Origin: Octopus sinensis
Lineage: Eukaryota
Reading direction: 5' to 3'
Length of the DNA: 64,000 nt
NCBI RefSeq assembly: GCF_006345805.1
Contig: NC_043003.1
Coordinates: forward strand, 5,270,001 to 5,334,000
The translations under genes and the position numbers were made by a program. The notes beneath the pieces are model-generated. The model was not told the DNA's origin and did not search any database. It saw only the letters and a list, made by a program, of their open reading frames with translations. Shown here one piece after another: positions 1 through 13,251 of the stretch (the first letter of the stretch is position 1; the number at the start of each line of letters is the position of its first letter).

Positions 1-200
1 ATAATAATAATAATAATACTAATGATGATGATGATGATGCTGATGCTGCTGATGCTGCTAATGATGATGACGATGATAATGATGATGCTGATGGTGATGA
101 TGCTGATGGTGATGCTGCTGCTGATGCTGATGCTGCTGATGCTGCTGCTGCTGCTGCTGCTGCTGATGATGACAACAACAATAGCAACAACAACATTCGC
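1..200. repeat. Compound trinucleotide microsatellite (ATA)n/(GAT)n/(GCT)n
   Basis: Directly visible; explains the poly-M/L ORF 22..225. Confidence 0.95.
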
Positions 201-1096
201 CAAGGTGTTGTTGTGGTCACTTTAGTAAGGGTAATAAGATACTTTTGGATTGGAAATACGAAAGGCACCAAATGAGGCAGACTGACCATTCAAGCAAATG
301 ATTCGAGCCGCATGGGGGTGGGGAGAGAATACAAGAACCCCTCTATTCCATCTTCGACCAATATTTGGGTATAGATGGGAATAACTCTAAGTAAATGAAT
401 GCTTTCACAACAAGATGCAAAAATTAGTCAAAAAGTTTAAGAAATAATAATCTCAGCAGCAAAAGACACACTGACATATCAAGTTTTCGGTACCAGTTAT
501 AAAATACGGTCTATAGCTTTGGTGAGGAGTTTGACACATTTTCCTTAAATCTTAATATGAAAAAAATTGTAAAATTTAACAACATATTACACTATATGCT
601 TGGCACCAAGCATCTGCAGGTCCCTAGACATATGTGTAGTAGGAAATTTATTGAATATCATGATGTAATACACCGAGGCAACCGTTGCTGTAACCCATTA
701 AAAACGCGCAAGAAAATATGCGACCGGACCGTTTGATTATCATATGAAAACAAGTTATATCCACGGCAGCAAGGTTCTCAAAAGAAGTTTACCTAGATTT
801 CAAACAATAAAAAACAGAAAATCTCTCAGTTCATTTTTCACGCACTCTGTCTGTCTGTCTCTGTCTGTCTCTGTCTCTCTATCTCTCTCTCTCTCATTTC
901 CATTCAGTATTATTTTCTCCTTGGGTCAACAAATTAAATATGATTTCAATTTCGTTTCGCGGAAATTTCTTCTTTCATCTCTGTTCTTTCTTTCCTCTTC
1001 TTTTCATTTCTTTCGAGACGAATCACCTTCAGAATATCATAGAACTTAAAATTAACAACTTGAACAGCATCTAACCATAATTCTACATTACACATC

Positions 1097-1150
<54 letters not shown>

Positions 1151-1154
<4 letters not shown>

Positions 1155-1282
1155 TCCGACGAAGAGCTCCGCTCGAAACGTTAACCCTCCTTCTTCCCTT
1201 CTTTCCTGAGCGTCCAATAATACTTTATTTGTTCCATGTCCTCGCGTTGTTGTGTTTTTTGTGTTTTCTTGTTTGGATTAAC
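1151..1282 (+). mobile_element. (TA)n-flanked PLE-type terminal fragment carrying a hammerhead (family B)
   Basis: Flanked by (TA)n on both sides; HHR followed by a T-rich tail ending AAC. Shares GAAGAGC..GCTCGAAACGT, C(C/T)GAGCG and AATAC blocks with 44595-44764 and 52469-52660. Confidence 0.7.
1153..1184 (+). ncRNA. Minimal type I hammerhead ribozyme motif, C4 core variant
   Basis: ttt CCGACGA a gagc-tcc-gctc GAAAC GTT aa: 4-bp stem II, palindromic stem III (ACGT), weak stem I. Confidence 0.6.
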
Positions 1283-2299
1283 TATATATATATATATATA
1301 TATATAATCGTAATTAACCCTTCAAATTTTACAGAGACACGTCAATCGCCTACACTAATTTTAAGTTAATGTAAAACCTATTTCTATTCTTAATTTCGAA
1401 GCACCTCGTGGTCAGGTATTTCATTTTAATATTTGCAATAAAATCCATCAATTGAATCAGTACATCAGTCGTTTCAAAAAGTCGCATCGAGCGAAACATG
1501 TGGTTAAGTGTTAACAATCACATTTTAATGTAAAATACAATGTATTATTTTCGACCTCTAATCCCCACCAGAGTCCTTTAATTGTCAGTGGTTTCGCGTT
1601 TATGATTATCGTTTGGAATATATTTGGGAATATATGTGAGTATTCGAATAGATTTGTAAGTTATGCGTGTGTGCGCCCTTGTCTATTTTCGATATGCAAT
1701 CATTATGTGATTTATTTTCAGAACAACTGATTACCTGAGCATTGACATCTTTTCGCTAGATGTGTATCTTTCTACGTAAACAAGGTGAAAATATAATCCA
1801 TACGGAGATTCTGAAGAAATTGTAGGGGTTCTCCTGCGGAATGTAACAGATAAAACTACTAACTTCCGGCGAAACATTTTTAGTTTTTTGTTCATTAAAA
1901 CCAACATTTGTTATTTGTTAAATTTTCATATCATTCCTAATTGGATTAGCCGCGATCAACAGAATCACTTCTGTTTTCGTAATTTTTCTCTAACTTTCCG
2001 CAAATACGATGTATAGCTCGATCACAAAAATGGATCTTTAATTTTATTATAATACTCTTTTAATATATTTCATAATTAAACGCGTTTAGAAACAAATATT
2101 ATTTCAATGCGCTTTAAAATGTAATGTGTTTAGATTAAAATTGAATAAACAAACACCACGAGATATGTGCTGAATATATGAATGAGTGTATGTGTGCATG
2201 TATACGCTTGTATGTATGTGCTTGTATGTACGTATGTATGTACGCATGTGTGCACGTGTTTGTGTGTGTGGAGGTACGACTGCGTGGGCAGTTAGATGC

Positions 2300-2476
2300 A
2301 TGGCTGTGTGGTAAGAAGCGAGCTTCCTAACCACATGGCTCTGGGTTAAAGTCCCACGGTGGGGCAGCATTGGCGAGTATCTATTGCTAAAAAAGTTCAC
2401 ATTCACTTAGAAGACTTTGCTCGAGCAGAACAAAGTCTTGTGAGTGGATATGGTAGATGGAAACTGAAAGAAGCTT
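2300..2476 (+). mobile_element. tRNA-derived SINE family S1, 5' half, diverged
   Basis: ggctgtgtggtaag...ccacatgg...gtgagtggat..ggtaga.ggaaactgaaagaagc matches 37324-37717. Confidence 0.8.
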
Positions 2477-2589
2477 CTTGGATGAATATGGTACTTAAGT
2501 CAAATGCACCAGAATTTTGTATGGTATTATCCATATAAATCCATGGGGTGATTATAATCAAAATAAGCAGCAAGTATATACGAGGTAAT

Positions 2590-2661
2590 GTGGTACGATC
2601 GTTTCATGCTACTTCATTTTTATTAAACATCAGTTTTAAAATGTCGAGCAATCTTCGCCAC
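2590..2661 (-). ncRNA. Degenerate hammerhead motif
   Basis: Minus strand: gtgg C-GAAGA t tgct...agca t GAAAC GATC GTA ccac; 4-bp stem I, palindromic stem III, one core base missing. Confidence 0.55.
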
Positions 2662-2793
2662 TTATCGAAATTTTCCAACCAAACGGACAATGCACATTCT
2701 TATCTCTACTTCGCTTGTCAACATTGTAAAGAGGGTAGATATACATACAGAGATGTTGGTTTCATTCTTAAGAACATGATAGTATGAAATTTA

Positions 2794-2853
<60 letters not shown>

Positions 2854-3344
2854 TAATAGAAGATAAGACTGTTTTAAAAAAATTGTATCAGTATTCAGCA
2901 TATAAAACGAAAAGGTGAAAATCATATAAATAATTATAATAAAGGCTTAGAAATTTTTTGTAGCCTATATGCTGAGAAATAGACGCTAAATCATCTTACC
3001 AGCCAAAGAAAGTCACAAATACACGAGTTGAATTCGATACCAGAAGCTACCGGAATTTTTTAATAAAATAGATAGTACTGTATTAGCCTAATTTGGGGGT
3101 TTGCCCAGAGGCTCTCCCGTCTTCAGCAGAACACACTAATAGAAATGGAGGAGATTTTTATATATACTCAGAGGAAATTTGTTTCGTAGATATATGGGTA
3201 TTTGCGTTTTGCTTTCCTATCTTATTAAAAATTTCCATTAGCTTGTTGCGCCGAATTCAACACGTGTGTTTATGATTGCTTTGAGTAATGAGACGATTTA
3301 GCGTCGATTTCTTAGCATATAGGCCAGAAAATGTTTATAAGCCC

Positions 3345-3383
<39 letters not shown>

Positions 3384-3386
<3 letters not shown>

Positions 3387-3936
3387 GGTCAGGCAAAATG
3401 ATCTGACACATTTGTAGGTTAAATAAAAGGCATTGTTTTTCGTTTCTTTTCAGTTGCTGCTATGAATTGGACTGGTGAGCATCGCGCTTTCATTGTGGAA
3501 ACGTTTATCAAAACAAACGATTCTGTAACTGTAACACAAAGAGCGTTCCGTTTGCACTTCAATCTTGGTAGACATGATCCCGTACCTGCTCGAAACACGA
3601 TCTTGTTATGGGTTACCAACTTCAGAGCTACTGGATCTGCATTGAAACGAAAATCAACCGGCCGACCTCGCACCGCCAGAACTTAAAGATGCAATTCGTC
3701 AAGAAATTACTGCCATTCCACATGAAATGACCCGCCGAGTTATTGACAACTTTCGTGAACGCCTTCGACAGTGTGTGGACAATAATGGATCCCATTTGAC
3801 TGATTTAATTTTTAAAACATAATGAAACAAAATGGCATTATATGTACTTTTCAAAAATAAAAACACTTTTTTGTTTCTTTACTTCATTTACCTTTTATTT
3901 AACCTACAAATGTGTCAGATCTTTTGCCTGACCCTG
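3384..3936 (+). mobile_element. Internally deleted Tc1/mariner-superfamily transposon (553 bp)
   Basis: ~48-bp TIRs (cagggtcaggcaaaa(t)gatctgacacatttgtaggttaaataaaagg), TA on both sides, inserted at the end of a (TA)n tract. Confidence 0.95.
3462..3822 (+). pseudogene. Transposase remnant: HTH N-terminus fused out of frame to C-terminal helix, catalytic domain deleted
   Basis: MNWTGEHRAFIVETFIKTNDSVTVTQRAFRLHF...GRPRT (DUF4817-like HTH, recognised from memory), then 3682-3822 LKDAIRQEITAIPHEMTRRVIDNFRERLRQCVDNNGSHLTDLIFKT*. Confidence 0.85.
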
Positions 3937-4171
3937 TATATATATTCGGGATGCGGCGAATAAATTGTCGTCTAAATTACACAAAAGGATGATAACACTG
4001 ACATCTCATTTTAACAAATATATTTACTAAAATTTCATAAAATCATCTTGAAATACAAAAAAGTTAATTTATTCAATAAATTTGCAATTGGCTTGAACTC
4101 ATCCCCTCCCCCGAAAATGGCTGCTCTTGTGGCAAAATTCAAATAAATTATTAGTATCATTATTATTATTA

Positions 4172-4341
4172 AGGCGGCAGCTGGCAGAATTATTAGCATG
4201 CCGGGCGAAAATTCCGCTAAGGTGGACTTTGCCTTTCACCTTTACGGGGTTGATAAATTAAGTACCAGTTACGTACTGCGTTGATCTAATCGATGAGCCC
4301 CCTCCCCACAAATTTCAATGCCTGTACCTATAGTAGAAAGG

Positions 4342-4345
<4 letters not shown>
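4172..4345 (+). mobile_element. tRNA-derived SINE family S2, internally deleted
   Basis: ggcggcagctggcagaat...gactttgcctttca...ataaattaagtaccag...gtagaaagg, then (ATT)n. Confidence 0.8.
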
Positions 4346-4382
<37 letters not shown>

Positions 4383-4802
4383 CATCTACTTCCCTTTCTC
4401 TCTTTTGAGTTATATCTAATCAGTCTTTTCTAGTCTACATTTGCTGTAGCAACCACTACCGCCCTCCCGTAGTTCTGCTTATTTTTTTTATTCTTCAACC
4501 AATTGGTTATATAAGATTTACAAGAGAGACTTCAGATTAAAACTAATTAATCGAAATAACAGCTAACCATCGAAAACGAAGAAAAGCAAAACTGTTTTTA
4601 TTCACAGTTCTTGCTGGTTTCATGGTGAATATAGTCGTTCACTTCCATTTTAAAAATGTGTCTCACTCCTCCTGGGATAAATTACCATTTTATCTTTTCT
4701 TGCAATAATTACTCGTCTTTTTGGTGATGTTTTTAAGGCCAGTTGCTTCCGGTTATATTGTTAGCTCAATAAATGTAAAATGTAAGAAACACAGACTCAT
4801 TC

Positions 4803-5353
4803 GTGTGTATATATGTATGTATATTATATACATACACACACACATACACACACATATATATACACACACACATATATATATATACACACACACATACACA
4901 CATATATATATATTTATACACACATACATATATATACACACACACATACATATGTATACACACACACATACACACACACATACACACACATATATATATA
5001 CACACATACACATATATATATATATACACACACACACACATACATATATATACACACACATACACATATACACACACATACACATATATATATATACACA
5101 CACACATACACATATATATATGCACACATACATACACATATATTAATATACACAGACACATACACATATATATATGCACACACATACACATATTTATATA
5201 CACACACACATAAACATATATATACACACATACACATATATATATATATACACATATATATACACACACACACATATATATATATATATACACACATACA
5301 CACATATATATATACACACACATACACACATATATATATACACACACACACAT
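4803..5353. repeat. Degenerate (TA)n/(CA)n microsatellite
   Basis: Directly visible. Confidence 0.95.
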
Positions 5354-5631
5354 ATTTCGTTTTTGGTTTGCAAGATTCTTTATATGAGTTTGTGTGTTGG
5401 AGCATATTCTATTGTGTCTGGGGAGAGTCATTTTCTTTTTGTGCCTTATTATGTAACACATTCACCGGTAAAATTTCCACGTTTTACTTATATTTATTGT
5501 CTTAAAATTTTCGTTGCGTCTTGCAACCTTTTCAATAGGTCAATAAAAATAAGAAAAATGTGGAAATTTTACCGGTGAATGTGTTACTTAATAAGGCACA
5601 AAAAGAAAATGACTCTCCCCAGACACAATAG
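5354..5631 (-). mobile_element. Fold-back mini-element with hammerhead (family C)
   Basis: Inverted arms 5409-5480 and 5560-5631 (71/72 identical) enclose an HHR-like motif; homologous to 63860-64000. Confidence 0.75.
5501..5539 (-). ncRNA. Minimal hammerhead motif, U3:A8 core variant
   Basis: ccta TTGAAAA g gttgc-aagac-gcaac GAAA ATTT taag: perfect 5-bp stem II; the cleavage triplet is atypical (U17). Confidence 0.5.
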
Positions 5632-5678
5632 TATACATACATACATCAACTTCTATATTTGTATGCGCAAACGTACGT

Positions 5679-6040
5679 GTGTGGTTAGAAGCTAGCTACC
5701 CAACGACATGGTTGCACGTTCCGACCCAGTGCGTGGAAATTTTGAGGCAAATGTCTTTTATAGCCTCGGGTCGACCAAAGCCGCGGGAGTAAAAGAAGCT
5801 AGTCGTGTATGTATGTAAGTATGTATTGTGTGTCAGTGTTTTACCCCTTCCACTGCTTGATAATGGATGTTGGTTTATTTACGTCCCCGTTTGTATTAGC
5901 AGTTCGGCAAAGAGACCGGTTAAATAAGCACCAGCCACTAAGGAAAAATATATACCTGAGTGCATTCTTTCGACTGAGAAACTATTCAGGGACGGTGCTC
6001 CAGCATGATCGGAGTTTAATGACTGAAACAAGGAAAAACA
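5679..6040 (+). mobile_element. SINE S1, diverged, near full length
   Basis: Head gtggttagaagctagc, body tttacgtccccg..gcagttcggcaaagagaccg, tail ggtgctccagcatg..tgactgaaacaag. Confidence 0.8.
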
Positions 6041-6519
6041 TGTGTGTGTATGCACGTTTGTATGTATGTATGCGTACGTGTATTTTCTTTTTGTGTGTGT
6101 GTGTGTGTGTCTCTGTCTGTCTGTGAGTGACAATTCTTCAGAAAGGACTTGATACGAGGAGACCAAAATATTACTATTCGATGTTTTAGATTTTCCTATT
6201 TATTTAACTCTCAGTCTGTTTAATCAACGAAACCTCTCGTAGAAGTTTCTCCATATTTGTTCATCGCTGCCATTGATTTTTTAAAAAAAATATTTCATTT
6301 GATTTTTCAGCTATTGAGATTTTTTAGAAAAATGTTTCAAATGATTTAGGAATTATTTGGGAGAGATATATTTGCTATTTCTAATATTTTAAACTGCCGT
6401 TGGCTTCAGTTGTTAAATTCTGTTTCACCGAATGTCCCTCCTGCGCAAACAATGATGCGCTTACTGTCACGATATGAAACTAGAATCGCTAAGTTAGTGA
6501 TAACGATCTTCAACTCCCT

Positions 6520-6965
6520 TTACAATATCTCAGTTTGAGTCGGGGGTAGAATGCGCCGTTGCAGCATGATGCTGCATTCACCTTTTGTCGGCATATTTCC
6601 AGACCTTCCCTGGCTATCCATCAAGCAGAGTTCCAGCCTGATCCCTTCTCCTCGGCTCAATGCCTCATCTGCCCTGATCAAGGGGCACACGTGATCGATC
6701 AACTGCAGATTTCAATCCAGCTGGATCCTCAGTGGAGGATACATTAAGCAAGGTCTGACATGGAAAATTGAGCGACATGGCCAAATAGTCTGAGTTGGCG
6801 CTCCTGAATCATACCAGATAACAGGATGCATCTCAGTTTCTGAGCTGAGTCATTGGTTGGATCCAAAGTTCAACCCATGGTAAATCATAATCTTCCAAAG
6901 CGTCTTGGGACCCAAAGAAGCTCAGGCGGCCCCTAAGGATCCCGGAGAGCATCCAAGTGTCACAA
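6520..6965 (-). mobile_element. RTE-clade LINE 3' fragment, degenerate
   Basis: Minus-strand translation MIQERQLRLFGHVAQFSMSD resembles the RTE C-terminal R-Q-L-R-x-F-G-H-V-A motif; stops and frameshifts present. Confidence 0.65.
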
Positions 6966-7084
6966 CCTCAGACCAGGATAGAAATTCAAAGTCACTGTTT
7001 TGTTGCTTGAGTTTGATTGCTTTGTGCCTTATCCAGTCAGATACTGATGAAGATAAAGAAAGTATTTGACTCGAGATAATATAA

Positions 7085-7408
7085 GGAGCACTCCGTCGGT
7101 TGCGACGACGAGGGTCACATCTGATACGATCAACAGAACAGCTTGCTCGTGAAATTAACGTGTAAGTGGCTGAGCACTCCAGACACGTGTACCCTTAATG
7201 TAGTTCTCAGGGAGATTCAGTCTGACACAAAGTGTGACAAGGCTGGCCCCTTTGAATTACAGGTACTACTCATTTTTGCCAGCTGAGTGGACTGGAGCAA
7301 TGTGAAATAAAGTGTCTTGCTCAAGGACACAACGTGCCGCCAGGAATTGAACTCAGGACCTTACGATCATGAGCCGAATGCTCCTAACCACTAAACCACG
7401 GGCCTTCA
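7085..7408 (-). mobile_element. tRNA-derived SINE, head B (CORE-like tgtccttgagcaagacactt) plus tail X
   Basis: tRNA-like A/B boxes (tggtttagtgg, gagttcaattcc); ~190-bp tail shared with 19416-19798 and 44869-45185. Confidence 0.85.
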
Positions 7409-8424
7409 CACTCAAGATAATATAAGATGTTATTAAATACTATTTTGGAACTTGGCATGACACACTGTAACCATTGCCGCTTCGTGTTTCACAATCATGG
7501 TTGTTTGTACAAATTCAAAAGTTTCGTCAACCGTTTCAGAAGCCCTTAAAATGGAGGTTTGATTACTAAATAATAGTTGTCATTAAATTTTACTCAACTA
7601 ATTGTATTGAATTCTGCAGTAGGTAAATTCTTTTTCTAAAAGTTGATCAACAACACGCAATAATGAAACATTCCTATACGTGTGTGCATGTGTGTTTGTG
7701 TATATGTCTGTGTATGTATGTCTATTTGTATTTATGTATAAATACATGTATGTAGGTATGTATGAATATATATATGAGTGAACTTCTCCTAAACAGGTTT
7801 TAAATGTCATTGCAATATCATAACCGAAATTATTACGTTTGTTGTCGTCTCCTTGTAAACTTTCCGATATCAATACCTTCTCTTCTCTTATGAAGTTCTC
7901 TGTTTTGGGGATGGGCTCTGGATAATTTGGAGACAAAGTTATCGACAAACCATTGTCGCTATTAACACCGAGATAGATTTTTATCCTGCAGCATAGCGTA
8001 TCGTGGTGTATATTACGAAATGTAACATTAAGAAGACTGACCGGATTTCATTGTGTACATGTATGTGTAGATTTTGTAAATATGTGTGCATATACATACA
8101 TACACATATATATATATATATATATGCGTTTCAAATGAGAATCTCCTACATCCCGTTGTCTCAGTGAGAAGAGATAGAATTTTTGGTCGGACTTAATGCC
8201 AAATTGAATACCTCTTTTGTGGATTGTTGATTTGTAAATCGAGGAAAAAGAAAATTCTCGGGGAATGCTGGGTTAATTATATTAGCGAAATATTGGGAAT
8301 AATGTCTTAATCATATCTAAACTCCATCGACGGAAGTCTATGAGAAATCTTCAAAGTGGGAATCAATAACTGGAAATATTTTGTTCAAAGTAATCTAAGG
8401 AAATATGGTGTCTCTCTGTGATTG

Positions 8425-8830
8425 TGGAATACATAATTTATGATGATTTATGAGAGACAGCATCATCACCATCGTAGTAATGACGGTGGTGGTCATCATC
8501 GTCACCAGCAACATCATTATCAACATTATCAAACTGTACAGCAGCCATAGAATCAGCAGCAGCAATTATATGAAAGCACATGGAATCTATAAATGTTAAC
8601 AATAACATGAAGAAGGAAACGGGGAAGAAGATGAAGAAGAAGTAGTCCAAAAAAAAGAAGACCAAAAGAAGAAGAAGACGACGAAGAAGAAGACGACAAA
8701 GAAGAAGACGACGAAGAAGAAGGAGGTGGTGATGGAGGAGGAGGTGGGGGGGAAGAGGAGGGGGTGGGGGAGGATGTGGTGTTGGAGGAGGAGGACAACA
8801 CAACAATACAAAAAATAATTTTGGCAATAA
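8425..8830. repeat. Mixed low-complexity trinucleotide tract (CAT/GAA/GGA/CAA)
   Basis: Directly visible; source of several ORF-track entries. Confidence 0.85.
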
Positions 8831-9109
8831 TAATAAGGATAAATATATAACCGATTTGCATAAAAGTGCAGTGAAATATTTTTAAATCACATATTCTTGG
8901 TAATAGAGGAGGGTGTAGTAACAGTTAGGGTGGTCATGGACGGAACACCCTTCATCGTAGATTTATAGGATGCAGGAAGGATGAAAATAGAACAACGGTA
9001 GAAACAACAATAACAACAACAGTCAACAGTAAGAACAACAGGAATCGACAGATCTGTGGAACCAAAAGATAATGGCAGAAACGCAGAACGAAACAGCAAT
9101 CGGTGATAA

Positions 9110-9565
<456 letters not shown>

Positions 9566-10416
9566 CATTATATCGTGTTATGTTATACATGAGGTGCATT
9601 TCTACGAGAATTTGACCAAACAACTGTCTGTACGTTGTTAGTAATAATTAATATGACCATCATCGGCAGCACCGCCGGCAATATCAGCAACAGTAATATT
9701 ATTATTAATAGTTGCTTGGCTCAATGTTATATGAAAATAGAGAGGGAGTGGGGTGGGGAAAGAGTAAGAGGATAGGGAAGAGGAGCCATACAAGGAAGAA
9801 TGGCAACTATATGAGCAGTAGTAATAGTAGCAAACACTAAATATCCTATCATCACCACCACCATCATTATCCTCATAATTATCATTATCTTCACCACGTT
9901 AAACCTCATCAACAGCATCATTATCATCGTTATCCGCCTTTTCTCCTCCTCCTCCTTCTCCTTATCAATATCATCATCATTATCACCATTGTCATCATCA
10001 TCATCATCATTGTGACAATTTGCTCATCAAAGAAATTATTGCCTCTAATTACCGTCACGAAAATTTACAAGTGAATTCAATTGCCTTGCGTATCGATCAA
10101 ATTACCCACAAATCAATGCCATCCAGCGTCCTGAAACGTCAACCCCGATGACGTCACCACTGTGCCCCCCCTTCCCCACCGCCGTCAACGTCGTTGACGC
10201 TGCCCTTATACACTCGTTCACTCGTTCGAGGTGAGAAATTTCTTTCCTACTCTATTTCGTTTGATGTGTTACTTGACTTTGAGACGTCGTTCTTCACCAC
10301 GACCACCACCACCAAACACGATCATTATCATCCGCTTGCTTTCCTCCTACTCCTCCTCATCATAGTCATAAGCTATACCTTCACTGTTACCAACACCTGT
10401 ACATCCAGAGCATCCT

Positions 10417-10447
<31 letters not shown>

Positions 10448-10784
10448 ATCATCATCATCAGTAGCAGCAGCATACTCATGATGATGACGATGATCATTAT
10501 GGCCATCTCAGAAATCATAGTCTTATTCTTGTTGTTGTGGATTCACTACTGATTTGCAACTATTGGTCAGCCTTGATTCAGCATACTCATGATTAAATGA
10601 ATTCTATCCGTGCCCATCACGTCTTTTTGTATCACGCTAACGAACAAGTTTCTACATTGTAACTCAGTCAGTGTGCCAGAAACAACAGCCAAATCTAACC
10701 TAAATCATTCTGCCAACTTTATAAAGGCGGAGTCACATCGGATATGGTCCTTGATTTCCTACACACAGGAAAAGGATATGATGG

Positions 10785-10860
10785 CCATCGATGGAGTGTC
10801 TTTGATCATTGGTATGTTTTCTTCGCAGTACCCTAGGAGTTAAAAATAATAACAACAACG
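10785..10860 (+). repeat. Short interspersed repeat ending in (CAA)n, probably a retroelement 3' end
   Basis: gatggccatcgatggagtgtctttgatcattggt...ccctaggagttaaaaataataacaacaac; similar diverged copies near 8930, 12840, 17905, 23625 and 46880. Confidence 0.5.
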
Positions 10861-11454
10861 GCAATATCGCGTATCTTTTTCATTGATTTAAAAAAAATTT
10901 TATGAATACATATTCTTTTTAAAGAAGGTAGCCTGTAATACGAGGGATATTTAGCTGCTATATCTCCCATATCAAATGACGGTCGTCGCTACACATTTTC
11001 CTACTTAGCGTCTCCAGATAAATGGCTGCGAGAAAGCGGGCAAGATTGCGGGGTATATGTTTAGGAATAGTTTTATTGTGCAATATTAGTTTGACTGCGG
11101 TGATGCAGGCGTACCTCAGTGTTTTACCTTCTACACTGATCTATCCAACAGTGTTACACAACTAAACTAAGTGGCTATGGGCTCCAGAAGGCTTAATGTG
11201 TAGGATGTGCACTGAAGAAAGAACAAGAACTCTTGAAATATGCATATACACTCATTACCTTTTTTTCTATCGTCGGTCGCATTCTTTACATGGATGTATT
11301 CATATATGAAACATCATAATTTTGAGTGCTGGCTCTAAATTCAATAGAAAATCCCTTAAGATTACTTAAAAGTGATTAACTATCACTGCTAACACAAAAT
11401 CTAGCAGTTGCTATTTACTTATGAGCTTTTAATATACTTGGAAGCATGTATACT

Positions 11455-11855
11455 ATTCTTTCCTATTCTAGGCACAAGACCCGAAATTTGGGGAGAGGAG
11501 ACCTAGTCGGTGATATTGACCCCAGTATGCAACCAGTACTTAATTTATCGACCGCGAAAGGATTAAAGGCAAGGTCAACCTCGGCGGAATCTGACCTCAG
11601 TACATCAAGACAGACGGAATACCTATTTCTTTACTACTCACAAGGGGCTAAACACAGAGGGGACAAACAAGGACAGACAAACGGATTAAGTCGATTACAT
11701 TGACTCCAGTGCGTAATTGGTACTTATTTAATCGACCCCCGAAAGGATGAAAGGCAAAGTCGACCTCGGCGGAATTTGAACTCAGAATGTAGCGGCAGAC
11801 AAAATACCCTTCAGCATTTCGTCCGGCGTGCTAACGTTTCTGCCAGCTCGCCGCT
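11455..11855 (-). mobile_element. Dimeric SINE S2 (full monomer plus 5'-truncated monomer)
   Basis: Two gtcgactttgcctttcatcctttc-type cores joined at gtagtaaagaaataggtatt; same architecture at 38377-38774. Confidence 0.9.
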
Positions 11856-13140
11856 TTAACGAAATATGGTGTTCTTACCAGCAAAAAATCTGTTAATATT
11901 TTATATTCATAGAGCTAACTTTGCTGTATTTCTACAGGGTTATTTCATCACCAATACTACAGTATGTACGGTGAATCTGTTTCCCTAATGTGATCAAATA
12001 ACATCGAAACAGGAAACTAGTTGCTTCCCATACTTCTTAAAATCCCTAAAATACCGTTCGCTTCTCATTAGGGTTTCCTGTTTCTAATTTTCTTGTTTAT
12101 ACTCACTGTAATAAATATGCTCAACAATACTTAGCTATTGATTTTTATGCATAAGGGCACCCTGAGTAATTCATATCAAAGTTTTGTTGTTATTACTGTT
12201 TTGTTGTTATTACTGTTTTGTTGTTATTCTTGTTGTTATTGGTGTTGTTCTTTTTTTCTAAGTCTTAAATAAATATCAAGAGCGTCATCTTCAGTTTTGT
12301 AAGAATGATGATATCAGCTTTTTCCTTCAGGTGGAAAAATATAACCGACGTAAATGAGATTTGCCCATTCACAATAACACCTTCGTGGAGATGCAACTAG
12401 ATAAATAAGCTACCTCACTTAATCCGCCCTTAATCCGCCCTTAATATAGAGACAGACTTAGAGGTAGAGAGGAAGGAATATTCTCAAACACAAAGTAAAA
12501 ATTAATCCACGTTCATATTTAGTGGTGGACAGCAAGGAGTTGTTTTATGCACAGAACTTTAACCAAATCACCGAAGAGCGAGGTCACTGTTTCCAAGGGT
12601 TTCGTACAAAATGATCTAAAATTCAGCCTGTAATTTGACCTGTCCACTCACACTGTTGAGCAATCAAATTTTCGCTAAATTATTATTCGTGGCACTTCTA
12701 CTATTCCGGGAAAAATTAGTAAACTGACAACTATTTCATGTGGAGAAGCCAATACATCTTTAATCGGCATGCTAGAAATAGCAGCAAAATTCATGCTCCT
12801 GATAGGAAAAAGGATGGGAGAGTCACAAGTTGAATGCATCTGATTATACATTTTCTCCATCAGGACAGACCTAGGGTTGAATACCGACAACAACAACAAC
12901 TAGAGCAGGTGTGTTCGTTCTCTATTTTACTCTTTCGAATATGAATCCGGCAGTCATCGAGCAAACATTCTCGCTTCCTTTAATCAATCAAACAAATCGG
13001 CTGTGAGTAGCACACTAGATGTCGCTACTGTCATATTTACATTTATCAAGCTCAGTCAAACAATTTTCTTTGACCAATTTTTCTTGCATTGCATAATCGT
13101 TTGGTACCATCAAATATATTTTTCCATTTCTTATTTACAG

Positions 13141-13251
13141 AGCCAGAGAAGCAGAAATTAATTCCAGGTTTTTATGGCAACAATTACGAGGGAAACGAGT
13201 TTGAAAGAAAGAGATTTGCTGGTAGAGTATTCAGGGAAGAGTTCTTTACAG
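13141..13251 (+). CDS. Candidate internal coding exon of an unknown host gene (phase 1-1, 111 nt)
   Basis: Acceptor ttttccatttcttatttacag, donor acag|gtaaaa; only the phase-1 frame is open: (E)PEKQKLIPGFYGNNYEGNEFERKRFAGRVFREEFFT. Confidence 0.4.

Noticed and set aside
1811-1845. CTGAAGA followed by a small hairpin and GGAA; similar hits at 7045, 37297 and 63060
   Set aside because: They lack a proper GAAA, stem II or stem I closure.
1310-2110. TTAA-CCCTT start resembling a piggyBac terminus
   Set aside because: No matching inverted end or transposase motif found.
4721-5505. Long overlapping ORFs (up to 231 aa) rich in Y/I/H/T/C/V, and similar ones at 16-17, 45.8-46.5, 51, 57, 59.5-60.2 and 61.7-63.9 kb
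   Set aside because: Translations of (TA)n, (CA)n and (TAGA)n microsatellites that lack stop codons by composition.
7598-8045. ~95-codon minus-strand open frame (IKIYLGVNSDNGLSITLSPNYPEPIPKTENF...)
   Set aside because: Weak splice acceptors, no recognisable homology, runs into microsatellite; a length expected by chance in 64 kb.
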